From the NCBI GenBank assembly GCA_963755125.1, contig CAVWIP010000010.1, positions 32,001 through 96,000 on the forward strand: 64,000 nt of DNA. Reading direction: 5' to 3'. This DNA comes from an uncultured delta proteobacterium. Its GTDB lineage: Bacteria > Myxococcota_A > Polyangia > Fen-1088. The notes under the pieces are model-generated. The model did no database searches and was not told where the DNA came from. It saw nothing but the letters and a program-made list of their open reading frames with translations. Below are positions 54,725 to 64,000 of this stretch, in pieces. Every line of letters begins with the position of its first letter. Positions within the stretch are counted from its first letter, which is position 1. The translations under genes were made by a program, and so were the position numbers.

Positions 54725-55657
54725 TTACAGGTTGTCCAGCACCGCGCGCAACTCGGGCGCGTGGCGACCAGTGGGGGCAAGTTCCAGATACTTCTTGTAC
54801 GCAGCCTTGGCTTCGGCCGGTCTTCCCATCTCCTGTTCGGCCCCACCCAGGAAGACGTATGCGTCGGCCAAGTCGTGCTTGAGCTGCAAAGCCTTTCTCG
54901 CCCAGGATCGCGCCTCGGCCGCGTGGCCAAGATCGATCTCGGCGCGGGCAAGCATCGCCATGATGTCGGCTGCCTCGGGCTCGGCCTCGATGGCCGGGCG
55001 GCACGCTGCCAGGACCACCATCGGCTTGCCCTTGCCCCCGGCATTGGCCTTGCGACAGCGTTCGCCGGGCCCCTCGGTCCCTGGCGTGGCCGTGCCGGGT
55101 GCCTGCTCGATGGTTTCGGCAGGCGCGGGAGCTGCGACTTCTTCCTGTGCGACAACCGGGGCGGCAGGCGGCGGTACGCCTGCCACCGGCTGCGCGGCAA
55201 CCTGTTCGCCCACTGCCATCGCCGGCGAAGTGTTGGCAGCCGCCGCTATGGCTTGCGGCGGGGCGGAACGAGACGATCTCGTGACTCCGCCCCTCCTCGG
55301 GCCGAGGTGCATAGCATACGAGCCTCCGGCCGCAACGAAAATGGCGGCCACCGCCAGCAGCGGCCAGCGGCGCACATGGTGAAAGACGTCGCCACTCGGC
55401 TTGTCAAGCACCGGCCAGTTCCTGATGATCTCGTCTTCGGCCGACGAGTCGAATGCTGTGGCCTCCTCCTCTATTGCGGGTCTGTCGTCGCCTGACTGGA
55501 CCGGCGCTGCTTCGTCGACGATGCCTGCGCCCTCAGGGACAGAGTCTGCAGCCATAGCCGGCGGCTCAACTACCTGAATCCCATCCTGCACCGCCACGCG
55601 TTCCGTCGGCTGACTGCCATCTCCCGATGCTGAACGTTCGTTGGACAGCGAGTCCAT
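54725..55657 (-). CDS. Single-pass membrane protein with C-terminal TPR repeats
   Basis: GAGGAGG RBS, acidic N-terminus, transmembrane WPLLAVAAIFVAAGG, LADAYVFLGG.EQE.G...EA..AY.KYLELAP.G. Confidence 0.82.
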   Translation of the reverse strand: MDSLSNERSASGDGSQPTERVAVQDGIQVVEPPAMAADSVPEGAGIVDEAAPVQSGDDRPAIEEEATAFDSSAEDEIIRNWPVLDKPSGDVFHHVRRWPLLAVAAIFVAAGGSYAMHLGPRRGGVTRSSRSAPPQAIAAAANTSPAMAVGEQVAAQPVAGVPPPAAPVVAQEEVAAPAPAETIEQAPGTATPGTEGPGERCRKANAGGKGKPMVVLAACRPAIEAEPEAADIMAMLARAEIDLGHAAEARSWARKALQLKHDLADAYVFLGGAEQEMGRPAEAKAAYKKYLELAPTGRHAPELRAVLDNL

Positions 55658-55706
55658 GTGTTCCTCCTCGCTTGCGACGGGCTGTTCTGCTGTCCCATCA
55701 GTGTTT

Positions 55707-55759
55707 AAGATGCACCCCGCGTTCTTCGGGCGTATTGCCGGAAGGTAAAGTCATGTAAA
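55707..55759 (-). promoter_or_regulatory. Putative activator-dependent promoter with GTAAA-N5-GTAAA box
   Basis: GTAAA at 55745 and 55755; TATTGCC; -10-like CATCTT (minus strand, 55707-12); same geometry as 60220-60282. Confidence 0.6.
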
Positions 55760-55767
55760 TCGGTGCG

Positions 55768-58700
55768 CTAGTGCGAGGCAGTCACTGTGCCGGCCAGAGT
55801 GCCGGTCACGCCCTGGAACGCAGCCGTCACCGTGATCGGGCCGGCGCTGACTGCGGTGAGCAACCCGCGCGAACCCGCGGCGTTCGAGACCGTGGCCGTG
55901 CCGTCGCTGGACGACAGCCAGGTCACGTTGTTTGTGATGTCGAGGGTGACGACGGACGCGTCGCCGCCCCATGTACCGGTGGCCGTGAGCTGCTGGTGGC
56001 CGCCCACCGCGACGCTCAAGGGAGACGGTGTGATGGCGATAGAGCTCAATGTCGCCCCACTGACCGTGAGCAGCGTAGTTCCCGATACGCCCTGATAGCT
56101 GGCGGTGATGGTCGTCGAGCCAGCCGCAATGGGCGTGGCCACCCCGGCCGACCCAGCGCCGGTTCCGACGCTGGCCACCGTGGTATCCGAAGAGGTCCAG
56201 GTTGCGCTTGCCGTCACCACTCCGGTGGAGTTGTCATCGTAGATCGCCGTGGCTACGAACGCCTGACCGATACCAAGCACCGCAGTCGGATTCGTAGGAG
56301 TCACCTGCACCGTGGTCACCTTCTTCGAAACCACGGTCAGCGTGGTGGAGGCCGACATCCCGTTGTATGTGGCTGTGATGATGGTGGTGCCTGCGGTCAG
56401 CCCCGTGGCGCGGCCTGTGGTCGCGCCCGAGTTCGAGATGACCGCCACGGTCCCGCTTGACGACGACCAGCTAGCCGACGTCGTCACATTCGCCGTGCTG
56501 TAGTCCGTGTAGATGGCGGTGGCCACGAATGCCTGGCTGGGACTCAGCAGGCTCACCGTCGGGTCAGTCGGCGTGATCTCGATCGACAGCAACGGTGGGT
56601 TGTTGACGGTCAGCGCCGCGGTTGCAGTTTCGGTAACCCCGTTCTCGGTGTAGCTCGCGCCGATGGTCGCAGTGCCCACCGCGAGCCCGGTTGCCGTGGC
56701 GCCACCCACAACTCCCCCGAACCCACCTCTGCCGCCGCCGGCCGTGCTCATCACCGCGACGGTCGCATCAGACGAGGTCCAGGTTGCGGTGGTGGTCACG
56801 TTGGCGGTACTGCCGTCGTCATAGACCGCCGTGGCCACGAACGCCTGGGTCTGCCCGACGAGAATGGTAGCGGTTGCCGGGGTTATCGCCAGGCTGGTAA
56901 GCACAGGCGCGGTCACAGTCAGCGCCGCCGTGGCGCTGAAACCACCGTAGGCCGCGCCGATGGTCACACTTCCAGCGTCTCCCACGGCCAGGCCCGTGGC
57001 CAGACCACCTGTGCCTCCGCCCCCGATTGCTCCACGGCCGCCCCCAGCCCCGGCAGTGGTAATGGAGGCCAGCGTCCCGTCCGAGGTGCTCCACACGCAG
57101 TTAGCATTGTTGGTCACCGCCGTGCTCGTCCCGTCGCTGTAGGTGGCGTACGCCGCAAACTGCTGCGTCCCGCCCACCCGCACCGAGGCAGTGGCTGGCG
57201 TGATGTAGAGACCAACCTGGGTCAGTGGCGCCGTGATCGTGAGTGTCGCGGTCGCGCTGAACCCACCGAAGGTGGCATTGACCGTCACGTTGCCAGCGGC
57301 CACGCCCGTGGCAAGGCCGCCAGCGCCCCCGCCCCCGATGGCGCCGCGGCCGCCAGCGCCCCCGGCGGTGGTGACCGTGGCCAGCGTTCCGTCAGAGGTG
57401 GTCCATGAGCAGTTGGCGTTGTTGGTCACCGCCGTGCTCGTCCCGTCACTGTAGGTGGCATACGCCGCAAACTGCTGCGTCCCATTGACCTGCACCGAGG
57501 CCGTGGCCGGCGTGATGTAGAGGCCCACCTGCGTGGCAGGCACAGTGACGGTGATGCTCGCAGTTGCCGTGAACGTCTGACCGCCGGTCGTATAGGTCGC
57601 CGTGATGGTCGCGGTTCCTGCGCCAGCGCCGGTGACCGACAAGCCTCCAAACCCACCGCGACCGCCCCCCAGCGCAGCCACGGCGGCCACCGTCCCGTCG
57701 GAGGTGGTCAACGTCACCCCGGTCGTCACCGCTGTGGTGCTTCCGTCGCTGTTTTCCAGCACGACCGTGTAAGTCTGACTGGCGCCGACGTTGATCGTGG
57801 CGGTCGCAGGCGTGAGATTGATCCCTGTCGGCGTCACCGGGTTGGTCACCGTGAGTGTCGCCGAATCGCTGAGCGTGGTGGTCCCGCTGGTGTAGGTGGC
57901 GGTGATGGTGGTGGTTCCCGCGGACACACCCGTCGCCGTGGCCGCTGCCGCCGGAGCGCCTGGGAACCCACCGTCGGTCCCGCCCACCACGATGGTGGCC
58001 ACACCGGTCAACGACGACGACCAGGTCACGCCCGTGAGCGTCGTGGTCGTGGTTCCGTTCTGGTACACGCCGGTGACCCGGTACGCCTGGGTGGTGCCCG
58101 CGGCGATGGTGGCCGTCGCGGGTGTCACCATGATCGACACCAGAGCCGGCGCGGTGACGGTCAGGGTTGCCGTCCCCTGCACGCCAGAGTAGGTCGCCGT
58201 GATGGTCGCAGTCCCGGCGGTCAAGGAAGTCGCAAGGCCGTTGCTTCCGGCTGCGTTCGACACCTGGGCCACGGCGATATTGCTGGACGACCAGGTGGCC
58301 TGGGTCGTGATGTCCAGTGTGGTCGAGTTGTCGTAATTCGCCGTCGCAGTGAACGCTTGTGTATTGCCCGCGCTGACAGTCGCAGCGGCTGGTGCCACGG
58401 TAATCGACACCAGGCTGGGATTGGCCACGGTCACTGTAGCCGACCCACTCACCCCGGAGAGCGTCGCGGTCACCGTGGTACTGCCAACCTTCACCCCAGT
58501 GACCTGACCAGCCGCGCTCCCCACGTTCCCCACCGTCGCGATCGCACTGTTCGCGACTGTCCAGGTCGCGGTTGCTGTCACGTCCTGCGTACTCTGGTCC
58601 GCATATGTCGCGGTCGCCGCGAGCGAAAGAGAAACCCCGACTGGCACACTGGCCGGATTGGGGGTCACTGCAATGCTGACCAGCCGAGGCGCGGTGACTG

Positions 58701-60171
58701 TGACAGCCGCGGTTCCGGTCACACCAGATAGCGCAGCCTGGACATTGGCCGTGCCCAGGGCCAAAGCCGTGGCCTGGCCACGGGTTCCGGTCGCGTTGGA
58801 GAGAGACAGAACGGTGGTGTCGCTGGAAGACCAGGTCACCGAATTGGTGAGATCGGCAGTGCTCCCGTCCGCGTAGCTTCCCTGTGCCGTGAACGAATTC
58901 GTGCCGCCCACGACGATTGTGGCCGTGGCCGGGCTCACCGTTATAGAGGTCAGCGTCGGCGACGTCACCATCACCGGGGTCGTGCCAGTAATGGTGCCCA
59001 GGGTGGCGGTGATCGAGGTTGTCCCCGCGGCCACCGCCGTGGCCAGGCCAGCAGTCGCCCCGCTGGCGACCACGGTGAGGACGGTCGCATCGCCCGTTGA
59101 CCACGTCGCCTGCTGGGTCACATCGCCCGTGGAGTTGTCGTCGTACACAGCGGTGGCCATGAACTGTTGAGTCACTCCCCGCTGCAGAATCGGCTGGGTG
59201 GGTGTGATCTGGATGCTGCTGACCTGCTTCGCCACCACAGCCACTTGAACCGTCCCGCTGACCGTCTGAATGGTGGCTGTCACGGTGACCGTGCCCGCAC
59301 TCACGCCGGTGACCTGGCCCTTTGTGGTGGCGGCGTTGCCCACGGTCGCGATGGCCGCGCTGGAAGAGATCCAGGTCGCCTGCGCCGTCACGTCTTGCTT
59401 GCTGCCGTCGGCGAACACGCCTGTTGCCACCAGGTTCACCGTCTGCCCGATGGGCACCGGCGCCACCGCCTGGATGCTGATCGACTGCAGCGCAGTGGCG
59501 ACCACTGTCACTGTTGCCGTGGCGGTCTTGCCCTGGTAGCTGGCCGTTATGGTGGCCGTCCCGGCCTTCACACCACTGAGTGTCGCTCCGGACACGGTGA
59601 GAATAGACGTGGAGCCAGACGTCACTGTCGAGGAGCTGGACACATCTTTCGTGCTCCCGTCGGAATAGACAGCCGTGATCACAACTGAGAGTGGAACCCC
59701 GACGTTGACGGTTGGATTGGGTGGCGAGATCTCGATGCTCGACAGGGTCGGACCGGTGCCAACACTGACGTCCCGGGATCCATCAATAGCCGTCGCCGCT
59801 TCGGCCCGGTTTGCATCAGCCGACGGCACATCCCTGGCGGTGGCAGGCCCGTCAGCCTCGGCACGGACATCGGGCGTGCCGCCACCGCTCCTGCTGTCGG
59901 GAGACCCAACCTCGGTTCCCATCTGTGTTCCGGGGTTGCCATCGAGGAGGGCAGGTTGGGTTCCACCGTCGAAGCGCCCAGCAGCATTGCCGTCCGCCGC
60001 CGGGCCTCCGTCGCCGCTGGCCACGTGAAGCCCGCTGCGTCCGCCGCAAGCGCCGAGCGCGCCGATCAATCCCAGACAAAGCACCAGTCTTGTTCTCGTC
60101 ATGAATTCTGCTTCTCCTGTGTCCCCACGCGAGCCAGTCCTTACCGATAAAGTGCTCTTCATCGAGTCCAT
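55768..60171 (-). CDS. Large lipoprotein with 14 bacterial Ig-like (Big_2) repeats
   Basis: GGAGG RBS, lipobox LGAC, repeats L.SI.(I/V)TP...Q.F.ATA.Y.DG...DVT..ATWSSS...VA.V; alternative start 60102. Confidence 0.92.
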   Translation of the reverse strand: MDSMKSTLSVRTGSRGDTGEAEFMTRTRLVLCLGLIGALGACGGRSGLHVASGDGGPAADGNAAGRFDGGTQPALLDGNPGTQMGTEVGSPDSRSGGGTPDVRAEADGPATARDVPSADANRAEAATAIDGSRDVSVGTGPTLSSIEISPPNPTVNVGVPLSVVITAVYSDGSTKDVSSSSTVTSGSTSILTVSGATLSGVKAGTATITASYQGKTATATVTVVATALQSISIQAVAPVPIGQTVNLVATGVFADGSKQDVTAQATWISSSAAIATVGNAATTKGQVTGVSAGTVTVTATIQTVSGTVQVAVVAKQVSSIQITPTQPILQRGVTQQFMATAVYDDNSTGDVTQQATWSTGDATVLTVVASGATAGLATAVAAGTTSITATLGTITGTTPVMVTSPTLTSITVSPATATIVVGGTNSFTAQGSYADGSTADLTNSVTWSSSDTTVLSLSNATGTRGQATALALGTANVQAALSGVTGTAAVTVTAPRLVSIAVTPNPASVPVGVSLSLAATATYADQSTQDVTATATWTVANSAIATVGNVGSAAGQVTGVKVGSTTVTATLSGVSGSATVTVANPSLVSITVAPAAATVSAGNTQAFTATANYDNSTTLDITTQATWSSSNIAVAQVSNAAGSNGLATSLTAGTATITATYSGVQGTATLTVTAPALVSIMVTPATATIAAGTTQAYRVTGVYQNGTTTTTLTGVTWSSSLTGVATIVVGGTDGGFPGAPAAAATATGVSAGTTTITATYTSGTTTLSDSATLTVTNPVTPTGINLTPATATINVGASQTYTVVLENSDGSTTAVTTGVTLTTSDGTVAAVAALGGGRGGFGGLSVTGAGAGTATITATYTTGGQTFTATASITVTVPATQVGLYITPATASVQVNGTQQFAAYATYSDGTSTAVTNNANCSWTTSDGTLATVTTAGGAGGRGAIGGGGAGGLATGVAAGNVTVNATFGGFSATATLTITAPLTQVGLYITPATASVRVGGTQQFAAYATYSDGTSTAVTNNANCVWSTSDGTLASITTAGAGGGRGAIGGGGTGGLATGLAVGDAGSVTIGAAYGGFSATAALTVTAPVLTSLAITPATATILVGQTQAFVATAVYDDGSTANVTTTATWTSSDATVAVMSTAGGGRGGFGGVVGGATATGLAVGTATIGASYTENGVTETATAALTVNNPPLLSIEITPTDPTVSLLSPSQAFVATAIYTDYSTANVTTSASWSSSSGTVAVISNSGATTGRATGLTAGTTIITATYNGMSASTTLTVVSKKVTTVQVTPTNPTAVLGIGQAFVATAIYDDNSTGVVTASATWTSSDTTVASVGTGAGSAGVATPIAAGSTTITASYQGVSGTTLLTVSGATLSSIAITPSPLSVAVGGHQQLTATGTWGGDASVVTLDITNNVTWLSSSDGTATVSNAAGSRGLLTAVSAGPITVTAAFQGVTGTLAGTVTASH

Positions 60172-60219
60172 GGGTTCCTCCGGGTTTGGGCTCCGCCGCT
60201 TGCTTCGCCGCGCGCGTGT

Positions 60220-60282
60220 AGGATGCCGCGCCCGTTCTCGAAACCTATTGCCAGCAGGTAAAGCTGTGTAAAAGTGTGTAAA
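60220..60282 (-). promoter_or_regulatory. Putative activator-dependent promoter with triple GTAAA repeat (10-bp period)
   Basis: GTAAA at 60258, 60268 and 60278; TATTGCC; -10-like CATCCT (minus strand, 60220-25). Confidence 0.65.
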
Positions 60283-60464
60283 GGTGCTGTTGCCCCGCGT
60301 CTCCCGACATCAAATCAGTAGTTGGTGAACAACGGCTGTCCCCCGGCAATTTCGCCGCGGTTGCGGTTGCACACGCGAGATTCCGTAATATCGTAAAAGG
60401 CAGTTGGTCTTGAAGCGCGGCCGCTTGGCCGACGAGGCAGCGGGCCGCGAGAGGAGAGCGCGCC

Positions 60465-61199
60465 ATGAAGTACGGAATTGAAACCTGCCATCCTCAAAGC
60501 GCAAACCCTGGCGGCAAGGTCCGGCGGAGACTCTTGCAGGTCGTGGGAGCGACGCTCGGGTTCGCTCTGGTTCCCATTTGCTTGGCAAGTTGCGGGGGCG
60601 ATTTCATCGACAACTCAAGGGGCGAGCCGCAACCGACGTCACCGGGCGAGCCACACGGGCAGTACGTCGATGCCGGGTACGAGCGGAATCGCGACGGTGG
60701 CGCTGGCATCGCTTGTGTCGACCAGCCGTGGGCGCTGAGCTTTGAATTCTCTCTCGATGCAAACGGGTCTCTGACCCACGCGCGCGCGGATCTTCTGCCC
60801 GCCAGTCACCTACGCCTGACCACCTCCGTGTCGTCGGTGGCACAAGGCGCACCCGGATCCGAGAATCTGCTTGCGGCCTCGTTGACCTCGGCCGACGGCA
60901 GTGTCTTGTCGCAAGACCTGTTCAATGATCCGCGCTTCGCCGATGCCGGCGTGGGGCGGAACCGGGACCACGACTTGACCGATCTCGCGCTGCAGTTGCT
61001 TCCGGGCACCCGCGATCTCGTCATCACCAACTGGAACACGGGCGCCGTGCTATTCGATCTCGATCTTCACGGCGATCTCCAGCTTCTCTGCCTGAACCAG
61101 CCCTGCCTCGATATTTGCGCAAACCCCGACGCCGGGACGCCAGCCCCGGACAGCGGTGCGGACCTGTCAGTGGCTGGCGGCGAGGGCGACGCGGGCTAG
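60465..61199 (+). CDS. Hypothetical lipoprotein
   Basis: GAGGAG RBS, Arg-rich n-region and lipobox LASC; stop overlaps the convergent gene (CTAG). Confidence 0.65.
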   Translation: MKYGIETCHPQSANPGGKVRRRLLQVVGATLGFALVPICLASCGGDFIDNSRGEPQPTSPGEPHGQYVDAGYERNRDGGAGIACVDQPWALSFEFSLDANGSLTHARADLLPASHLRLTTSVSSVAQGAPGSENLLAASLTSADGSVLSQDLFNDPRFADAGVGRNRDHDLTDLALQLLPGTRDLVITNWNTGAVLFDLDLHGDLQLLCLNQPCLDICANPDAGTPAPDSGADLSVAGGEGDAG

Positions 61200-64000
61200 T
61201 GCGACGCTGTCACGGTGGCGGCCAGGGTGCCGGTGACACCCTGGAACGCAGCCGTCACGGTGACCGGCCCGGCACTGACTGCGGTGAAGAGCCCGCGCGA
61301 CCCGGCGGCGTTTGACACCGTGGCCGTGGCGTCGCTCGACGAGAGCCAGGTCACGTTGTTCGTGATGTCGAGGGTGATGACGGCCGCGTCGCCGCCCCAT
61401 GTGCCGGTGGCCGTGAGCTGCTGGTGTCCGCCAACCGCGACGCTCAGGGGCGACGGCGTGATGGCAATCGAGGTCAAGGTCGCCCCGCTGACGGTGAGTA
61501 GCGTGGTCCCGGACACGCCCTGGTAGGTGGCGCTGATGGTCGTCGAGCCAGCCGTGATCGGCGTGGCCACCCCGGCGGAGCCAGCCGAACTCCCGACGCT
61601 GGCCACCATCGTGTCCGAGGATGTCCAGGTCGCGCCTGCCGTCACGGCACCGGTGCTGCCGTCGTCGTAGACCGCCGTGGCCACGAAGGCCTGGTTGATG
61701 CCGAGTACGGCTGTCGGATTTGTGGGCGTCACCTGGATCTCGGTGACCTTCTTCGTCACCACGGTCAGGGTGGTGGAGGCCGACATCCCATCATAAGTGG
61801 CAGTGATCGTGGTGGTGCCTGCGGTCAGCAGCGTGGCCCGGCCAGCCGTGCCGGCTGAACTCGAGACGACCGCCACGGTGCCGTCCGATGACGACCAGGT
61901 GGCGGACGCGGTCACGTTCCGCGTGCTGTAGTCGGTGTAGATGGCGGTGGCCACGAAGGCCTGATACTGGCTGGCCAGACCCACGGTCGGGTTGGTGGGC
62001 GTGATCTCGATCGACAGCAACGGGGGGTTCGTGACGGTCAACAGCGCTGTTCCAGTCACGGTGACCCCGTTCTCGGTGTAGCTCGCGCTGATGGTCGCGC
62101 TGCCCACTGCGAGCCCGGTCGCTGTGCCGCCACCGACAACTCCGCCCCCGCCCCGACCACCGCCGGCGACACTCATGACCGCGATGGTCCCGTCGGACGA
62201 ACTCCAGACGGCGGAACCGGTTACCACGGCGCTGGTGCCGTCGTCGTAGACGGCAGTGGCCACGAAGGTCTGGGTGAGGTTGACCTGAATCGTGGCTGTT
62301 GCCGGGGTTATCACCAAACTGGTGAGCACCGGCGCGGTCACGGTCAGTGTGGCCGTGGCGCTGAAGCCGGCGGAACTGGCGTTGATGGTCACAGTTCCAG
62401 CGCCCACTCCGGTGGCAAGACCGCCGCCCCCGCCGCCTCCTCGGCCGCCGGCGGTGGTGATGGTGGCCACCGTTCCGTCCGAGGTGGTCCACGAGGCGGT
62501 GGCGGTCACGTTCGTGCTCGTGCCGTCATTCCAGGTGGCCATGGCCGAGAACTGCTGTGTCGCACCCACTCGCACCGAGGCGGTGGCTGGCGTGATGTAG
62601 AGGCCGACCTGCTGCGGCGCCTGGACAGTGATGGTCGCCGTATCTGTGAAGGTCTGACCACCGGCCGAATAGGTGGCCGTGACGGTTGCAGTGCCTGCAC
62701 CCACTCCGTTGACCAGCAAGCCGCCGCCAGGCGCGCCGCGACCGCCTCCTGCCACGGCGGCTACCGTCCCGTCCGATGTGGTCAAGGTGACCCCGGTAGC
62801 GATCGGCGTGGTGGTTCCATCGTTGTAGTCACCATCAACGGTGTACGCCTGACTCCCGTTCACCAGGATGGTGGCGCTGGCTGGAGTCAGCCGGATGTCT
62901 ATCAGCGTCCTGGGGGCAGTCACCGTCAGCGTCGCCGTGTCGCTGAGACTAACGCCGCCGTCGGTGCCATAGCTGACCGTGATGGTGGTGGTTCCCGCTC
63001 CCACTCCCGTGGCCGTGGCCCCGCCGCCGGGCCCGCCGCCGGCCGCGATGGTGGCCACCCCGGTCGATGACGATGACCAGCTGGCGCCGGTGAGGGGGCC
63101 GGTCGTACCGTTGGCGTAGACCGCCCTGACCGTGTACGCCTGGGTGGCGCCCACGGCGATGGTGGCGGATGCCGGTGTCAGCGTGATGGCCACCAAAGTC
63201 GGCGCGGTGACAGTCAGGGTTGCTGTCCCCTGCACGCCCTGCATGCTCGCCGTAATGGTCGCAGTCCCCCGAGTCAAAGAGGTCGCGAGTCCATTGGTTC
63301 CGGCTGCGTTCGACACCTGGGCGACAGCGATATTGCTGGACGACCATGTGACCTGGGTCGTGATGTCGAGCGTAGTCGAGTTGTCGTAGGTCCCAGTTGC
63401 GGTGAACGCCTGCGTATTCCCCGCGCTCACGGTCGCGGTAGCCGGCGCCACGGCAATCGACACCAGATTGGGATTGGCCACGGTCACCGTGGCTGACCCG
63501 CTGATCCCGGACAGGGTCGCAGTCACCGTGGTGCTGCCGACCTTCATACCGGTGACCTGACCAGCCGCCGTCCCAACGTTGCCCACCGTCGCGATCGAGC
63601 TGTCCCCAACCGTCCAGGTCGCTGACGTCGTCACGTCCTGGGTGCTCTTGTCTCCGTAGGTCGCCGTGGCCTTGAGCGGAAGGGTCAGCCCGAGCGGCAG
63701 GTTGAGCGGATTGGGGGTGACCGCGATGCTGACCAGCGGGACCACGGAAACCGTCACGATGGCCGTCCCCACCACGCCCGACAGCGATGCCATCAGGTTG
63801 GTCGTGCCCACGGCCAAGGCCGTGACCAGGCCGCGCGTTCCGGCCGCGTTGGAAACCGACGCGACGGTGGTGGTGTCAGTGGACCAAGTCACCGAATCGG
63901 TGAGGTCGGCGGTCGAGAGATCGGAATAGGTTCCCTGCGCCTTGAACGGACTGGTGGTGCCCACGAAAAGCGTGGCGGTGGCAGGAGTCACGCTGATCGA
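61196..64000 (-). CDS. Second Big_2 repeat protein, paralog of 55768-60171 (5' end outside window)
   Basis: Open frame to the window edge; 10 Ig repeats visible; C-terminus nearly identical to the first copy (..TAAFQGVTGTLA.TVTASH). Confidence 0.92.
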   Translation of the reverse strand, partial: SISVTPATATLFVGTTSPFKAQGTYSDLSTADLTDSVTWSTDTTTVASVSNAAGTRGLVTALAVGTTNLMASLSGVVGTAIVTVSVVPLVSIAVTPNPLNLPLGLTLPLKATATYGDKSTQDVTTSATWTVGDSSIATVGNVGTAAGQVTGMKVGSTTVTATLSGISGSATVTVANPNLVSIAVAPATATVSAGNTQAFTATGTYDNSTTLDITTQVTWSSSNIAVAQVSNAAGTNGLATSLTRGTATITASMQGVQGTATLTVTAPTLVAITLTPASATIAVGATQAYTVRAVYANGTTGPLTGASWSSSSTGVATIAAGGGPGGGATATGVGAGTTTITVSYGTDGGVSLSDTATLTVTAPRTLIDIRLTPASATILVNGSQAYTVDGDYNDGTTTPIATGVTLTTSDGTVAAVAGGGRGAPGGGLLVNGVGAGTATVTATYSAGGQTFTDTATITVQAPQQVGLYITPATASVRVGATQQFSAMATWNDGTSTNVTATASWTTSDGTVATITTAGGRGGGGGGGLATGVGAGTVTINASSAGFSATATLTVTAPVLTSLVITPATATIQVNLTQTFVATAVYDDGTSAVVTGSAVWSSSDGTIAVMSVAGGGRGGGGVVGGGTATGLAVGSATISASYTENGVTVTGTALLTVTNPPLLSIEITPTNPTVGLASQYQAFVATAIYTDYSTRNVTASATWSSSDGTVAVVSSSAGTAGRATLLTAGTTTITATYDGMSASTTLTVVTKKVTEIQVTPTNPTAVLGINQAFVATAVYDDGSTGAVTAGATWTSSDTMVASVGSSAGSAGVATPITAGSTTISATYQGVSGTTLLTVSGATLTSIAITPSPLSVAVGGHQQLTATGTWGGDAAVITLDITNNVTWLSSSDATATVSNAAGSRGLFTAVSAGPVTVTAAFQGVTGTLAATVTASH

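Overview
High-GC chromosomal segment, most consistent with a myxobacterium (Myxococcota, Polyangia-like). This assignment rests on Myxococcus Cys-rich/fibro-slime protein, an Oar-like TonB receptor and DAG/DGG-rich lipoproteins, and is an inference. I annotate about 48 CDSs and found no rRNA, tRNA, transposase or CRISPR/cas. Housekeeping genes include trxA, ribF, gdhA, feoAB, gltBD, pheA, fabI, ampG, rpe, an RsmB-type and an RlmI-type methyltransferase, a GH3 glucosidase and a LolA-like/FtsX-type ABC exporter. Most notable: (1) a full-length LanB-type dehydratase with no LanC or precursor in the window, at the end of a same-strand run with RsmB and a DTW (TapT-like) enzyme whose C-terminal domain looks like a dead DEDDh exonuclease; (2) a dispersed 72-bp structured repeat at 571-642 and in a mosaic array at 43007-43317, with compensatory base changes; (3) an actinobacterial GlnR-like regulator divergent from gltBD, with GlnR-box-like repeats between them; (4) a chorismate mutase-PDT-DAHP synthase fusion whose PDT lacks the catalytic TRF motif, next to an intact stand-alone PheA; (5) two tandem Ig-repeat (Big_2) proteins with GGRG loop insertions, where the first shares an identically spaced GTAAA-N5-GTAAA promoter with a neighbouring TPR gene; (6) a radical SAM/SPASM-GNAT-methyltransferase cassette. 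All family calls come from motif recognition by eye, not database searches.
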